The notes under the pieces are model-generated. The model did not search any database. It had not been told where the DNA came from and saw nothing but the letters and a program-made list of their open reading frames with translations. DNA of 63,829 nucleotides, counting the filler, from Octopus bimaculoides (lineage: Eukaryota): assembly GCF_001194135.2 (NCBI RefSeq). It is 6 parts of 6 records of this genome, joined end to end, with 100 filler letters (N's around TTAATTAATTAA, not from the genome) between each part and the next. Parts side by side here need not be neighbours in the genome. Positions count along the whole stretch, not along the records: positions 1 to 27,588 come from NC_068987.1; 5 more parts are not named here. The stretch is one strand, 5' to 3'. Shown here piece after piece: positions 1-12,670 of the stretch. Positions within the stretch are counted from its first letter, which is position 1. Every line of letters starts with the position of its first letter. The position numbers and the translations under genes are program-made.

Positions 1-347
1 TCTTCTCTTGGAAGAGCCCTGCTTCTCACATGGACAACTGTATGTTGGCTGCTCAAGAGTGGGCAGCAACAAAAAACCTATTTGTATATGCTCCACAAGG
101 GAAAACAAGGAACATAGTTTACAATGAGGTGTTATAATCACAACAGCAAGAAAGTATGTACATGATCACCTTCTTTTACGAAACTTCATTGACTTTCATA
201 TATTTATATTGATATACATATATATACGTGTGTTTGGGTGCGTGTGTGTATATACATCTCTATATATAAAGATGATGCGTAGTCTAGACGGCGTTTTTAG
301 ATTTCATTATTCTCTTTAACCCGGGCAACGCCGGGTATTTCTGCTAG
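1..347 (+). mobile_element. Helitron 3' end: C-terminus of Rep/Pif1-like helicase (frameshifted), subterminal hairpin and CTAG terminus
   Basis: 2-76 translates LLLEEPCFSHGQLYVGCSRVGSNKK (Pif1 helicase motif VI, cf. FSHGQLYVALSRV). After a +1 shift in the A6 run (71-76), 75-137 reads NLFVYAPQGKTRNIVYNEVL*. Hairpin ACCCGG-GCAACG-CCGGGT at 319-336, CTAG at 344-347 followed by T. Confidence 0.85.
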
Positions 348-703
348 TTATTAATAATTCTCAGTGTAAAATTTTTAGGACATTTATAAAGAGATGCCTT
401 GCTCACCCAACCTCACTAATTAAAAATCTTGTAGGTGAATCTCGAACATATGATCTTGTCAAGAGTTATTTGATAGAGCTTCCCTTGTCAACACAACACC
501 CTAGAGGGGAGCTGATTCAAGTAGTAGAGTGGTCAGAAACTCGACCCGGATTCCCAATAAGAAAACGACATCGTAAAATCATATGATTTGCACATCTCTT
601 TCTCATTGAAAGTCATTCACAACAGGGAAAGCAGATCCAACCGGACAAATCTGATTACTGATGCTTCAAGTGGATGCGAGAAACAGTTAGTAATATCATG
701 TTA

Positions 704-833
<130 letters not shown>

Positions 834-1303
834 NNNNNNNNNNNNNNNNNNNNNNNNNNNNNNNNNNNNNNNNNNNNNNNNNNNNNNNNNNNNNNNNNNN
901 NNNNNNNNNNNNNNNNNNNNNNNNNNNNNNNNNNNNNNNNNNNNNNNNNNNNNNNNNNNNNNNNNNNNNNNNNNNNNNNNNNNNNNNNNNNNNNNNNNNN
1001 NNNNNNNNNNNNNNNNNNNNNNNNNNNNNNNNNNNNNNNNNNNNNNNNNNNNNNNNNNNNNNNNNNNNNNNNNNNNNNNNNNNNNNNNNNNNNNNNNNNN
1101 NNNNNNNNNNNNNNNNNNNNNNNNNNNNNNNNNNNNNNNNNNNNNNNNNNNNNNNNNNNNNNNNNNNNNNNNNNNNNNNNNNNNNNNNNNNNNNNNNNNN
1201 NNNNNNNNNNNNNNNNNNNNNNNNNNNNNNNNNNNNNNNNNNNNNNNNNNNNNNNNNNNNNNNNNNNNNNNNNNNNNNNNNNNNNNNNNNNNNNNNNNNN
1301 NNN

Positions 1304-1353
<50 letters not shown>

Positions 1354-2974
1354 CATTTATATATGTATATATTTCATTTATATATGTATATATTTCATTT
1401 ATATATGTATATATGTGTGTGTGTGGTTTTAGAAAATATGATTTCTACACAAATGTAAGAGAATAAAAATGATTACAATTTAATTAGGTTAGTGTATTTA
1501 AACTAATATAATTGATATAAACAAACACACGCATTGTAGCACAACAGTCACAATATCATAAAATGTAAAATAAGTAAATTGAAAAAATAGAAAACAAAAT
1601 AAAAAGGGACAAGAAAAAACGAAGTTACAACAAAACCGAGTCTATACCAGTGGAAACCTGCTGTTGACAGAATATACATGTGCCGTATATAGACAAAGAA
1701 CAAACGTAAGATGAAATTTATTTCTAAAAAACACATCACATAGTTAACAAGGAGAAATTGTATAAGTGGCAAACCTAAGAAATTATTTTTCTATAAATAA
1801 GGAAGTCATATATTATAAATACTGAAAATGACCCGAACCCCATACTAAAAGTAAAACATCTGAAGCAGCAAATAAATAAAAAATACCATCTGTACAATGT
1901 GGCACTCATTTCGATGTAATAAATCTGAATCGCCCAGAGCTCTGTGTCTGAGCAAGAAAACAGTGTAGCACATATAAAATGATTTCTAATTTAGGTTCAA
2001 GGCGAGTAATTTAGTGGAAGAGGAACAGTCGATTATATTATTTGGTCACTATTCTATCGATCCCAAAATGTTGAAATCTGTATCAGCTTGGTTAGAATTA
2101 ATATGAAGCGTTTCTTTGGATAGCTCAGATGGGAGATATGTAGTAGTTGGAGTTACTTCTTAACGGAATTATAATTTGGTCAAGCGGTTCATTAGAAGGT
2201 TCATTAGTTATGAGTGCAAGCATGATAGAAAGATTAGGAAGTTCGCTTTGCAATAATATGGTCCCAGTTTTGTTAAATACCGTCCAACTTTCTGTAAGGT
2301 TTTGACCATATAAGAGCAAAGTTAATAATGCTAACCATGGCAGGTGCCATTCTCTTCACCTATGCCATTATCTGAAACTATGTTCATCGCGTTCCTCCAA
2401 GATAAGAATTAACTTTATGGCAAAATACATACATCACAAAATATATTTTTTAAATGAGATTGTAATATATGAATACATTTGGTATAAATATAAAAGTAGA
2501 GCGACAGCAAATTATTTGATTCACCGTTTTAATTTTTTTTCCCAATTTCTCAGGCTATGAATGATCTAACTGTTTCAGACATTGGGAGCGTGACATTTGT
2601 CACGCTCCTGATAAAGACCTATTAGTAGCATTATTCCTTTGTCTTTCTTCCACTAATGATTATTCCTCTTTCAGTTCCTTTTATCTTATTATGAAGAATA
2701 TTAAATTTGAAATCACGTTTTCACGTACTACATCATGAAATAAGTTTTATTCTTATGTTAGTGGTTATAATTCCACTCTATATGCCCATTAAAAACACCT
2801 TTTATTTTTATCATTTCGATGTGAATCTAGATTTCGCCATATTAAAGCGCAGATTTTATTATTTAATTACTGATTGGCAAATATACCTGGCAACTTGAAA
2901 ACAAAGCGCACCTTCGGCATACTAGAAAGTCATTTCCAATGTAATATTTTTCCAGTATTCATCAGAAAGTGGAG

Positions 2975-3035
2975 GCGGACGAAATGCCGCTAAGCATTTT
3001 GCCTGGAGTTCTAACGACCCTGCCAGCTCCCCGCC
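2975..3035 (-). mobile_element. tRNA-derived SINE family D, 5' head fragment
   Basis: Reverse complement GGCGGGGAGCTGGCAGGGTCGTTAGAACTCCAGGCAAAATGCTTAGCGGCATTTCGTCC matches the heads at 11743, 46853 and 60900. Confidence 0.7.
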
Positions 3036-3923
3036 TTATCATTAATATTAACATTTTAACAACATTGATATTATTAAAATAGAGCAAAATTCATCAAAAT
3101 TATTATAGATATTGTTATAGGAATATCTTTCTACTGTACTGTCCAACTTAAAGATTGCACCGTCTCAACATCTAATTCGTATTCTAACTCACGTTCTCAC
3201 ATAATTATGTGATCTTGATCTCCTTCGGAGCATCATGTGGGGGGCGGGGATCAGTTTGTCTGTGATTGTGATTTTGCACCTATGTGTTTTTCTGTGTGCT
3301 TCTGGGAATTGTGTGCTCGCACGTACATACAATTTATAATGTGTCCATAACTGAATACTTTTCTGTGGTATTTGCAGCAAACTTCATATGCATGTATGGT
3401 AATTCTATGAGATTCGATATCTTCACAACGTTTAATAACAGGAATGTCAACAGTGGGCAGGTGATATTTGCATTGAAGGTTTAAGGTTGATCTTGATATT
3501 ATCTTATCAGCAAACGGTTGATTGTAAAGGGATAGCTGTATCCCTTTTTTCTCAACTGAAAACCGTTATCGTTCGCTTTCAGGAAGGAGTAAGTTCAGTA
3601 TTTCCAGAACGATGACCTTCCCTTTTGTTGTTAACCTCCCCCTTACTATCACTATTATCATCACTACAAGTATCTTTCCTATCAGCAACGTCATAAACAG
3701 AACAACAGCCGATACTAACCTCCAACAAACTATCACCTGAATCTTGTACTGTCTAAACTGTTAATTACACCAGAAGATAATGTTATACCGCCTTTATTTT
3801 CTTCAACATCACCAGTGATCATCAACATGGATGAAAGGAGCAGAAAGTTACGAAATACGCTCCGTAATTAAAATCAGCAGTGAATATTAAATATAACGAA
3901 AATTGCTGTCACTGATTCTTAGT

Positions 3924-4123
3924 ATCCTTTCTACTATAGGCACAAGGTCTGAGAGATTTGAAGGATGGGGATAGTCGATTACTAGTACCTATTTTTCGAA
4001 TAGCACCTATTTTATCGATCTCGAAGGGACGAAAAGTAAAGTCGGCCTTGGCGGAATTCGAACTCAGAATGTATAGACGGATGAAGTGCCGTTAAGCATT
4101 TTGATAACGACACTACCAGCTCG
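3924..4123 (-). mobile_element. tRNA-derived SINE family D, diverged copy
   Basis: Minus strand has B-box-like GAGTTCGAATTCCGCC followed by the family body and 3' end (CCTTGTGCCTATAGTAGAAAGGAT). Confidence 0.75.
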
Positions 4124-4238
4124 CTGTTTTACCGATCAACTGCGTATCAACTGCGCTTTCATACCCTCTTGCTACTTATTTTATGGACTTTAGCAGGATA
4201 AAACGTCGGTGGACCTAAATGCACAAAGCCGAAACTTA

Positions 4239-4456
4239 CGAGGGGGTGCTGAAAAGTTCCTGGCTTAAAGGGTGCTGCGAAAGGCCTCGTTGGTGGCCCC
4301 AACCTTCCAAGTTCTTTTATAGGGTTTAGAAAATCTGAAGGACGGCTACAATAAGTGTGTGAATCTGAGAGGGGAATATGATGAATAAAATCATAATTAA
4401 CTGATCCTCTAGAGTTTCCTTTTACCCTAAGGCAGGAACTTTTCAGCACCCCTTCG
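4239..4456 (+). mobile_element. Mariner-derived MITE, copy 1
   Basis: TIRs CGAGGGGGTGCTGAAAAGTTCCTG / CAGGAACTTTTCAGCACCCCTTCG, TA on both sides (4237-38, 4457-58). Interior encodes LENLKDGYNKCVNLRGEYDE*, resembling a mariner transposase C-terminus. Confidence 0.85.
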
Positions 4457-5622
4457 TAATATTACGTATGGTACTCTAAGTTTTTATCATTCTACCACCA
4501 CGTCACTTTCAACATTCCCATTCATCTTTCTTACTTCCGTTCTGTCACACGCAATATTCACCCACATGTTCTTGTTCAATATATTTCGTTTTCGCTTACT
4601 CTTTCTTTACCATTATAAATCCCATCCTTCAAAACATTTTAAGCATTCTTTTTAACTCATTCGATCATGCAGACCCAGTGAATCAATCTTTATATCTCCC
4701 ATACACATACCTTATTCATGTCTGCTTACGTACACTAAAGACATTAAAAACAAATGCATACATACCCAGTTCTCTTCAATATTTCTCTAATTCGTATTAT
4801 TTTCCAGCCCTGCTTTTAACTGTCTCTCATTCGTTAATTCTCTTTTCAAGTAAGACTACATATACACGCACATTGATACGCACAAACACACAGATATACG
4901 CACACACACGCTGGCACGCGGAAATAGTAACCAGCTGATGTAAGAGGAGTAGAAATTATAAATAGAATATCATAAACTGCGTGGCTAACTTACTTATATA
5001 CAAGGAATTTCCTACTTTTATCGGTACTTTATTTTCCCCATTTACTTCAATATACATTTACTAACAGTAAAATGACAAAACGAGTGAACAATAGTTAACT
5101 TTGTGGTACAACTAGAAAACAGATCATATTAAGGAAAAAAAAAAAAACCAAGATTGTTTAAATTAGCGTCTATATAAAATATAATCAAAGATATTAGTAA
5201 ACATATATACTCACTTGAATATAAATGCTCTTGTGTGTGTATATATATATATATGAAAAGTGTCAATTTTCCCTTTCATAATAGAATTAAGAACATCAAA
5301 ATAGCAATTTGTGGCGTTAGCATGTGACTTGATTTGAGACTGTGTAATAAAAATGAAGGAAGTACATCACGGAAGAGACATTTTAGCCATTTATGAGCAT
5401 GCACAAACTGATATATTGACATTTGTTTACTTCTTGAAATGTCAAAATTTTCGTCACAGTTCTGTGACCTGTGCGTTGGAAATATTTAACAGCAAGTTAC
5501 ACTTCCATTGAGTCATTTNNNNNNNNNNNNNNNNNNNNNNNNNNNNNNNNNNNNNNNNNNNNNNNNNNNNNNNNNNNNNNNNNNNNNNNNNNNNNNNNNN
5601 NNNNNNNNNNNNNNNNNNNNNN

Positions 5623-5665
<43 letters not shown>

Positions 5666-6691
5666 GCTATTATTGTAAATGAATAACATATGTCAAGATA
5701 ATTCAAAAGCACATTAAAAATATTTAGCATGTATCCAATACATCATGGATACATTGATTTAAAGCACATGCACACAGAGATATACACACGTGCACAGTTA
5801 AAACCCAAACCACACATATATACGTGAAGACAAATTTATGTGTGTAGGTGCGTAATCAATTTGTCCCCTCTTTCAAACTATCTCTCGTTTCTCTATTACT
5901 ATTTCAAGAATGCTCACACTAAATTTGTTTGTATAATACCTGTTAATGTACACCCACATATGCACATTAATTCCTATACATACGTACACTTTATATATGT
6001 ACACACACACATAAATACATAAATACATATATACATACATACATACNNNNNNNNNNATATATATATATATATATACATACATAAATGCATATAGATATGT
6101 ATCTACATATACACACATATGTGTGCGTGCTCGCGTCTATGACAACACTATTCATTTACAGGTTCTTCAGTTTATTTGGACTTTGGCCATGGAAGGGCAC
6201 CACGTTTAATGAGTTTTAGTCAATCATATCGACCTAAAACTTATTACAGTCTATTAATTTATCAATCTCAATTTGTCAAACTTTTCACGGGGCATTAACA
6301 ACAATACTGGTTTTGTTGTCACGGCTGTAAACAGAACCGCTAACAAGTTTAGCATTTGTACACACATATATATATAAATATATATATTTATATGCATATA
6401 TATATGTATACGTATGTATGTATTATACACATACATAAATACGGACATATGCACAAACACATACATATATAACGGATCATATCGATCACATCACCCTCAG
6501 TGCCTTTTCATTTTGTTGCTTTGCTTATCCAGCTGTATTTGTCAAACATTACAGGGCTTAAGCCACAATACTGGTGGTGATGTAACCGGTGTAACCCTAA
6601 TCCCTCACTACTCAATAACACATAAATATTCATGTCACGCTCCCTATCTCCCTCCCTATATCTCTCTCTCACGTCGTACACAATATGCATG

Positions 6692-6900
6692 TATATCTGT
6701 TGATTGATACAGGTATGGGGGGCTTAAAATTCTGGACTTCAAGTTTCTGCATCAACAATTCAACGAACGTTGACGTCTTCAGCTTTGCGCGCTCGGACTT
6801 GCACAGCTGAAGACGTACAATGACCGTTGAATTGTTGACTCACTCAGAAATTTAAAGACCTGAATGTAAATTTGCATACATGTATCAATCAATAAATATA
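6692..6900. repeat. ~209-bp imperfect foldback (inverted repeat) element
   Basis: Arms share TTGATTGATACA(G/T)GTATG, TCAACAATTCAACG and ACGTCTTCAGCT in inverted orientation around a short loop (~6785-6800). Confidence 0.85.
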
Positions 6901-9092
6901 GTCTTCTATTTCCTTTCCAACGATATTGAGGTTTACCTCTTATGTTATCACACATATTTTGTTGATACATATAACACACACACACACACACACACACATA
7001 CACACACACACATACACACACATCAGTATTCTCAGCTGTCTGGAAAACGTGACGAACTGAGCTGGCCAGGTGATTCTATTTTCGTGTCAGCAAAAACTTT
7101 CTTAATCTTGGATTGTCAGGGGTTTTTTTTTACCCTAGAGACACATTTTTTTTTTGCAATGAATTGTCGTTTTGTATTAAATGTATTAAATTCTGCAGTT
7201 CATTCCATATATAAAACAGACTCGCCATTCTGAACCTCCAGCCTTCTTCATGATATGACATTTTGTGCGGCAACATCATTATGCGGATTTCCACTAAGCC
7301 AACCAACTGATGGGTCAAATAGTTACCAAGTTTATTATAATTAAATGTGCTTCAAATCCCTAGTTACTGTCGCTGTACAAGCTGGTCTGAAGAAGCAAAG
7401 TCTCGATGTCAGAAAGAATGTAATCTCTCTCTTAGCTTTTAAATCCTTCAGTGCTGCAAGTACACCATGCAGTGAGCCTTCTTCAACCATCCCGATTGCT
7501 CACTTTCCTCCTGGCTCCACTCGAGCCACCCACGAATTCCTATCATATCGTCTTGTTATTCCCCTCGGTCTTTTTCCATCACGATCATAACGTATCTATC
7601 CTTCAGAAAGCGAAGCTTATGGCTGATAAACTGCAAAATCAAGTAGACTGCTTTAGTAAAATGTAAAATCAACAGGCACAAACATTTTTTGGAAAAAATT
7701 GGGATGGTGTGGGAGAATTGGTTGAGAGAAATTTGATTTAAAACCTTTTGTGAAAATAATGGCTACATCCGGATTCACACATTAATCAGGAAATAGACTC
7801 ATTTATCTTGTCCTTGCCCACACAGTAGTCACACCAAATTTCTATTTGTAGTATAATCAGTTATCATTTCTTTTTTTCCCATCCCAAACAAATACTAACA
7901 TCGATAAAACAGCTATAGAATGTACAGGATGAGACATGGTGAAAATATGAAGGCCACGTAAGGAATGTTCAAAAAGTCACAAATGATATAAAAAAGATAT
8001 TTGATGATAATCCCACGTCATCTCTGTTCCTTTTAAAACTTGTAGGCACGGATGGCAGGAAACATCCAAAGTTATATTAATATTTCTCGAGTTAATGGAA
8101 AAGTTGAAGGTGTTTTTTTGTGCAATATTAAAAAGAATGTTTCGTCCTAGAGGTGAGCGTTTCCTTCTGCAGAAAAGCTCCAAGTCCTAAATATTTTCAG
8201 TATATTTTCGAATCTTCATTAAATGTAATAACAGATCAAGATCACTGTTTCAAGATCATTTTAATCATTACGGAGCGATTTGTCAAATCTGATGTTGAAA
8301 GACTTCAAGCCAGCATGTAGGAATACGAGCTTGTGGCTAAAAGATTGTTTTATAAAGGCATTCATCGTGCAAGAGAAGTAATGAAGGTTCAAGTCACCTT
8401 TGGAATGGGGAAAGTGGTTAGGGACTCTCAGGGGCTTTACAAAACAGATCATGAAGAAGGTAAGTGAGATTACATGTAGAAGTACAGGAAAAGGTAAATC
8501 ACACTCAAACTTCAAAATTCTATAGTACAGAAGAAAACGTTTCGTTGAAAAGATGCAGAATAAAATATTGGAGTTTGATACTGAAATTGACAATCTACAG
8601 AACTAATTAACAAGGTAGTTTCTTTATCATTTATCTTCTTGTTAATTCACTTTTTTCTTCTTCAGTGCTGATTTCTATGTTGACAGTAGTGTTGGTTGCT
8701 TTTGGAGTCAGGGAGAAGGGACAGGTTTTGCCCCTGGTTAGTATATTCTTATCCCTGAACCAATTGTGTTAGCAATTTTCAGGAAATGTTTTTATTAACG
8801 TGAAGTTAAATTCAATGTGCACAAATTCAAATGAAAGTAGTGGACAGATTTGAAAGTTTGCCAGCGTTTTATGGATCAGATCCAGGAGGTTCAGCAATGC
8901 TCACAGATGTACTTAAAACGTTCCTTTACATTTTTTCTGTTTTGAAATGTATATTCCTTTCCGGACCCATTTGAAGTATCATTTTGCAAGAGAAAAATAT
9001 AGGATTTTCAAATATCCGGTTTTGAAAACTGAAAGCTTTTACTTTCAATTTTCTCAAGCCATTGCGAAGTGTAATTTATGTTTTTAAAAATA

Positions 9093-9253
9093 GGTGCAGG
9101 AGCGGCTGTGTGGTAAGTAGTTTGCTTACCAACCACATGGTTCCGGGTTCAGTTCCACTGCGTGGCATCTTGGGTAAGTGTCTTCTACTATAGCCTCGGG
9201 CCGACCAAAGCCTTATGAGTGGATTTGGTAGACGGAAACTGAAAGAAGTCCAT

Positions 9254-9300
<47 letters not shown>

Positions 9301-9514
9301 ATGTATGTATGGATGTGTGTGTGTTTGTCCTTTCAACATAGCTTGACAACCGATGCTGGTGTGTTTACGTCCCCGTAACTTAATGGTTCGGCAAAAGAGT
9401 CCGATAGAATAGGTACTAGGCTTACAAAGAATAAGTCCTGAGGTCGATTTGCTCGACTATAGGCGGTGCTCCACCATGGCCGCAGTCAAATGACTGAAAC
9501 GAGTAAAAGAGTAA
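9093..9514 (+). mobile_element. tRNA-derived SINE family A with internal (TG/TA)n microsatellite
   Basis: A-box-like GGCTGTGTGG, B-box-like GGTTCAGTTCC, internal array ~9254-9325, 3' end ACTGAAACGAGTAAAAGAGTAA. Near-identical to the copy at 44590-45030. Confidence 0.85.
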
Positions 9515-9829
9515 CCATTTATAAATCAGAAAATTAAAACAAAACATGAGTAAGTCTTGATTTTTAATGTTTTAATTTCATTTCTTTGATCTTTGATATC
9601 TTTATGTTTGTGATGTCGGATGAACTCTGATTATACTGACAACGCTGTTAGCATCATGATAGTGACGACTGTGTCATTCTTACAATGTACGAGTTCATTC
9701 TCTGCTGTGATCAACTAAAGATGTTAGCGTCCGATGAAAATGTCTGGGGATTTTGTCATCTGGAATTTTATCCCCAGCATGCTGAAAACCCTGTGATATA
9801 CATGTGTATGTGTCCTTGTGCATATGCGC

Positions 9830-9865
<36 letters not shown>

Positions 9866-10401
9866 TGTTCATTATAGCGATTTGGGATTACCGAAAATTT
9901 AAGGTATACTTTGTTTTAACTATACATACCTCTCAATGGGCAAAGAATTCGGAATATACGTTGATACTTTATCTTGTTTGAGCTGTTAAATTAGTGACAC
10001 TAATTTCCTTTATAATGCATCTGCTAATAGTAATGATTATTTAATTCATTCACTTTTGATACTCAGGTCGCATACTGTATAAATAGCTCTAACCTTATAA
10101 TCTCTTATCGGATAAAAGCTGTGTATCCTTTCTTTGACGCCATAAGATAAATTAGTAATTAATGAGATTGATTCTGATTTTTCAAACTTCGTATGTATAA
10201 TAATATTGTGGAAATTACTTTGTTTAGTTTTTACATTGAGTTCAAAATATTTGTTTTATCTTTTAAATGTATAACGTTTGGAATTATTCAAATTATTCAT
10301 AGTGAATTATAACTAAATAAATTATCTACATTTTTGACGTATGTGCTGTTATGCAAACTAGGCAGGCAACAATAGCTGATCCTTACTTTGCATTATAAAT
10401 A

Positions 10402-10605
10402 CGAGGGGTTTTTGAAAAGTTCCTGACTTTAAGGGTGTCACGAAAGGCCTGGTTGGAGGACCAACCTTGCAAGGTTTAGAAAAACTGAAGGATCGCTTCA
10501 ATAAGTGTGTGAATCTGAGAGGTAAGTATGTTGAATAAAATCAAATTAACAGACCATTTCGTATTTTCTTTTACTAAAAACCTGTAACTTTTCAGCACAC
10601 CCGTG
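10402..10605 (+). mobile_element. Mariner-derived MITE, copy 2
   Basis: Same TIRs and TA flanks as 4239-4456. Interior GLEKLKDRFNKCVNLRGKYVE*. Confidence 0.8.
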
Positions 10606-10785
10606 TAACTATACACTACAAATCTTTCCATTAGCAGATTGCTATTCCCCTTTTTTATACTTGAATTAGTCAGTCTGATCTCTGTATTTCTGCTCACGGG
10701 CATATGAAAACATATCGTAATAACCACTTTGTTCATTTTTCCGATTTCATATTTGTTTATTTTGTATGCTTATGGGCGAAGGGAT

Positions 10786-11120
10786 GTCCTTGTGGTTAAG
10801 AAGTTCACTTCGTTACCACGTGGTTTCGGACTAAGTTTCTCTATGCAGTACATAGAGAAATTATACAATTGTTCGTGACCGATGAATGACGTATGAATGA
10901 ATTTAGCAGATAGAAACTGTAGAGAAGCCGGTCATGTATGAGTGTGTGTCTTTGTGGTTGTACCCGCTGCATAACATCTGATGTTGGGATGTTTTTGTTC
11001 TCGTAAAAGAAAAGAATGACAGGATAAATACCAAACTTATAATACCAGAGTCGATTTATTCGATTAACCCTTCAAGATGGTACCTCATTATGGCCGCTGT
11101 CCAATAACCCAAACAAATCG
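10786..11120 (+). mobile_element. Old, diverged SINE family A copy
   Basis: Patchy matches to family A blocks (GTGGTTAAG...CCACGTGGTTTCGG, GAAACTGTAGAGAAGCC, CATTATGGCCGCTGTCCAATAAC). Confidence 0.55.
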
Positions 11121-11319
11121 AAAGAAAAAGAATACACACACACATACACACATGTTTTAGAAATATGTCAAGGTTGCGCTTTGAAGCTGAAGTCCATCCA
11201 GTGGGACAATAAATTAGGTTTTACTTCAAAGTCAATCAAAGAATTTGGTTCTAGAATGATAGCAATTAACAGAGAAATTAACCTTATGTAGATTGAGAAA
11301 AGAAAAAGGAAACAGTATC

Positions 11320-11458
11320 GGCACAAGGCCAGTAATCTCGGGCGGAGGGGTTTAAGTCAATTTCATCAACCCCAGTGATCAGCAAGTACTTACTTTATCG
11401 ATCCCGTAAGGGATGGAAGGCAAAGTCGACCTTGGCGGAATTCGAACTCGGACGTATA
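11320..11458 (-). mobile_element. SINE family D, 3' two-thirds
   Basis: Minus strand GAGTTCGAATTCCGCCAAGGTCGACTTTGCCTTCCATCC...CCTTGTGCC. Confidence 0.75.
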
Positions 11459-11742
11459 AAATAAATACATAAACGTGCGTGTGCATGTGTACAAAATACA
11501 TACACACACGTATAAGTGTATGTATGTGAGCATAGGTAATCATGTATAAAGCGATATTTCTGGTTATTTTTCTGGGTGTTTCTGTAAATATTTGTTCTTG
11601 AATATAACTGCCCAATCATTCTTAAGAAAACTTACCTTCCATACATACCTAATTATTTACATAGGTAATATATCTGGTCAGTACCAACAGCAGCAACACA
11701 ATCATATGTAGTACGATTCAGCTCAATGTTACAAATTAGTTG

Positions 11743-11938
11743 GGCGGTGAGCTAGCAGATGCGTTAGCAGGCCGAGCAAAATACTTTACGTTCGGAGTTC
11801 GAATTCCGCTGAGGTCGACTTTGCTTTTCATCCTTTCGGATTCGACAAAATAGGTTCCAGTCGAGCACTGGAGTTAATGTAATCAAGTTACCCCCTCCAC
11901 CGAACATGCTGGCCATGTGCCAATATTTGAAACGAATA
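11743..11938 (+). mobile_element. SINE family D copy with target-site duplication
   Basis: GGCGGTGAGCTAGCAG head, GAGTTCGAATTCCGC B box. TSD TTACAAATTAGT at 11729-11740 and 11939-11950. Confidence 0.85.
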
Positions 11939-12330
11939 TTACAAATTAGTAGTATTGTTTGATTGAATTTATTTTCCTCAAGAGTAATAAGTTTTTCCAC
12001 ATCTCTCTCTTTATACTCTTTTTTTTTTCTTACTTAACTTTAGTCCATTCCATACCTCTATCTTTCTCATTCCATTATAAACACGGAAACTGATAGAGAA
12101 AACTAATGGGTGTCAATAAGTAACTGTATGCTCTGCATACATATTAACCTTTGAGTATAATACCTATATGAGACTACAGTGGTACGTTTTCATGTACTCT
12201 GCACATGTTTTACCTGCTCATCAAACAATGCTTGCAATTAAAAATGTAGTAGCCCCACCTCTTTTAAATATATACTTCTACAACAGACATGTAGCATTAG
12301 CAATAGACAATCCCGCCCCTTCATGTGAGT

Positions 12331-12361
<31 letters not shown>

Positions 12362-12373
12362 CATACGTACATA

Positions 12374-12437
<64 letters not shown>

Positions 12438-12631
12438 TATGTATATCTACATTGCATTTTGTACATGCTACAGTGCATAACTTTATTTCATCTTACTAAA
12501 TCATATATAATTCAATTTATTCTATCATACTATAATACAATATAATATACTATAGTATACGATATACGCTCTATCAATGGTATAGACACACGCACATAAA
12601 TGTATGTATGTATGTATGTATGTGTGTGTGC

Positions 12632-12670
<39 letters not shown>

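Noticed and set aside
5416-5445. Small hairpin TTGACATTT/AAATGTCAA enclosing a forkhead-like TGTTTAC
   Set aside because: A 9-bp stem in AT-rich DNA is plausible by chance; no conservation data.
7040-8600. Coding-like relic with faint pogo/mariner hints (FDPSVGWL on the minus strand; LKRMFRPRGERF on the plus strand)
   Set aside because: Motifs are too short, lie on opposite strands and have no DDE/D triad or TIRs that I can identify. A BLASTx search would be needed.
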